A stretch of 63,473 nucleotides of DNA, filler included, from Lenisia limosa (taxonomy: Eukaryota > Protista > Breviatea), in assembly GCA_001655205.1 (NCBI GenBank). It is 17 parts of 17 records of this genome, joined end to end, with 100 filler letters (N's around TTAATTAATTAA, not from the genome) between each part and the next. Parts side by side here need not be neighbours in the genome. Positions count along the whole stretch, not along the records: positions 62,158 to 63,473 come from LPNZ01003231.1; 16 more parts are not named here. The stretch is one strand, 5' to 3'. Below are positions 62,295 through 63,473 of this stretch, in pieces. The position numbers were made by a program, and so were the translations under genes. Position 1 is the first letter of the stretch. Each line of letters begins with the position of its first letter. The notes below the pieces were generated by a model, which did no database searches, was not told the DNA's origin, and was given only the letters and a program-made list of their open reading frames with translations.

Positions 62295-63350
62295 CCCCTC
62301 CAAACTTTTTCTAATAGCGGTCACATTAAGACTCTCTCTTGACTGCAAATATAAGAGGAAATTTGGAGGATCATCCACTTCACAAAGGGGTTGGAGGGGG
62401 ANNNNNNNNNNNNNNNNNNNNNNNNNNNNNNNNNNNNNNNNNNNNNNNNNNNNNNNNNNNNNNNNNNNNNNNNNNNNNNNNNNNNNNNNNNNNNNNNNNN
62501 NNNNNNNNNNNNNNNNNNNNNNNNNNNNNNNNNNNNNNNNNNNNNNNNNNNNNNNNNNNNNNNAAAGAGATGAGAAATAAAACACCATAATCCATCCTTT
62601 TCCTACATAGTAGAAACGGTTTGAAGAGTCAACCCAGCTAAAACTGCCCTGTAATCGTGAAAAATGTGACGTTAAACCAATGTGGTAAAGTTAATTCTGT
62701 AGCTCCACCCCTTGCTTTCTCTCGCTTTGAAATAAAACTCCTACCTCTTAACAGAAACTTCGTTTTTGACAAAATATATCTCTTTGTACAATTGTACCTC
62801 TTTATACAAGATTTTCCACAAAATTGTACCTCATTATACAGTATTTTTGACAAAATCATACCTCTTTGTACAACATTTTTGACAAGATCATATCAACGGA
62901 GTCTTCTTCCTCTAACTCCCTCATCGGGCAATTCTTGAAGATCTACAGCAAGATTAATAAGAAGGCCATCACGTGTGTTAGAGCCTTGTCTACATACGTA
63001 GATAAAGAAGGTAATACACTACAGCTTCACTTCGGTTTGACTATCGATTTTTACCTGTCTTGTTCGAACCGAAGTGAAACCCTAATGATAGGTTGAATTT
63101 TTTTTACAAACTATCCATATTTCTAAAGAGTTAATAATGCGGAATCAGAGCAATGAAAATAGGAAGGATTTGTACTCTTACCCCCCCCCCCCATCCTCTT
63201 TTTCTTTTCTTAATGAGGATTTATTGAGGATATATCAAGGATTTAACGAGTGTTTAATTCTAGTATTTATGAAGATTATTCAACTGATAATCTTACCAGT
63301 TTGTAAAACGCCTTGAGTGGCGAGCTTGACGGCTGGAAGTAGGAGACTTC
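62295..63350 (-). CDS. Hypothetical exon fragments
   Basis: GT-AG-bounded candidate exons near 63345-63295, 62945-62900 and 62345-62298 (SRESLNVTAIRKSLE). Confidence 0.25.
62763..62890. repeat. Degenerate ~33-bp tandem repeat
   Basis: TTTTTGACAAAAT...ACCTCTTTGTACAA-like unit repeated about 4 times. Confidence 0.7.
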
Positions 63351-63473
63351 TATAAGGATAATAAAGGTAGTTCTTTGTCAACTAAAGCGAAAACAATAGC
63401 AAAACAGTGATAAAATTAAGAAGACACCCTCCAAAATCCGGAAGTGATAAAGTAGAGGACCAAAAGTCTAATA

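Overview
Gapped draft sequence from an intron-rich, AT-rich eukaryote. An axonemal dynein intermediate-chain exon, a histidine kinase and a formin point to a flagellated protist; I cannot name the taxon. The window is not one locus. Sixteen identical 100-bp spacers (44 N + TTAATTAATTAA + 44 N) split it into 17 segments, and genes break at the spacers without resuming, so synteny across them is not meaningful. Exons were reconstructed by hand from GT-AG boundaries. Recognisable genes: NACHT NTPase, WD40 fragment, LisH/CTLH protein, SAM methyltransferase, VAC14 head-to-head with a complete makorin, a Brr2/Sec63-type last exon, DNAI1/IC78, a complete short-form RNase Z, a histidine kinase HATPase, a HAD hydrolase, an FH2 formin, and several unknown secreted, membrane or coiled-coil proteins. 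No rRNA, tRNA, CRISPR array or transposase was seen. The most novel signal is intron architecture: (1) one repeat family forms the 3' ends of introns in the sense orientation; (2) a ~155-bp family repeatedly sits immediately after the GT of 5' splice sites; (3) three hAT-like MITE families share TAGGGCT ends, alongside a Tc1/mariner MITE; (4) donors are G-tract and acceptors C-tract; (5) exon edges are locally re-copied, including an inverted copy of an entire RNase Z exon flanked by a 9-bp direct repeat. Copy counts are by eye and no database searches were run.
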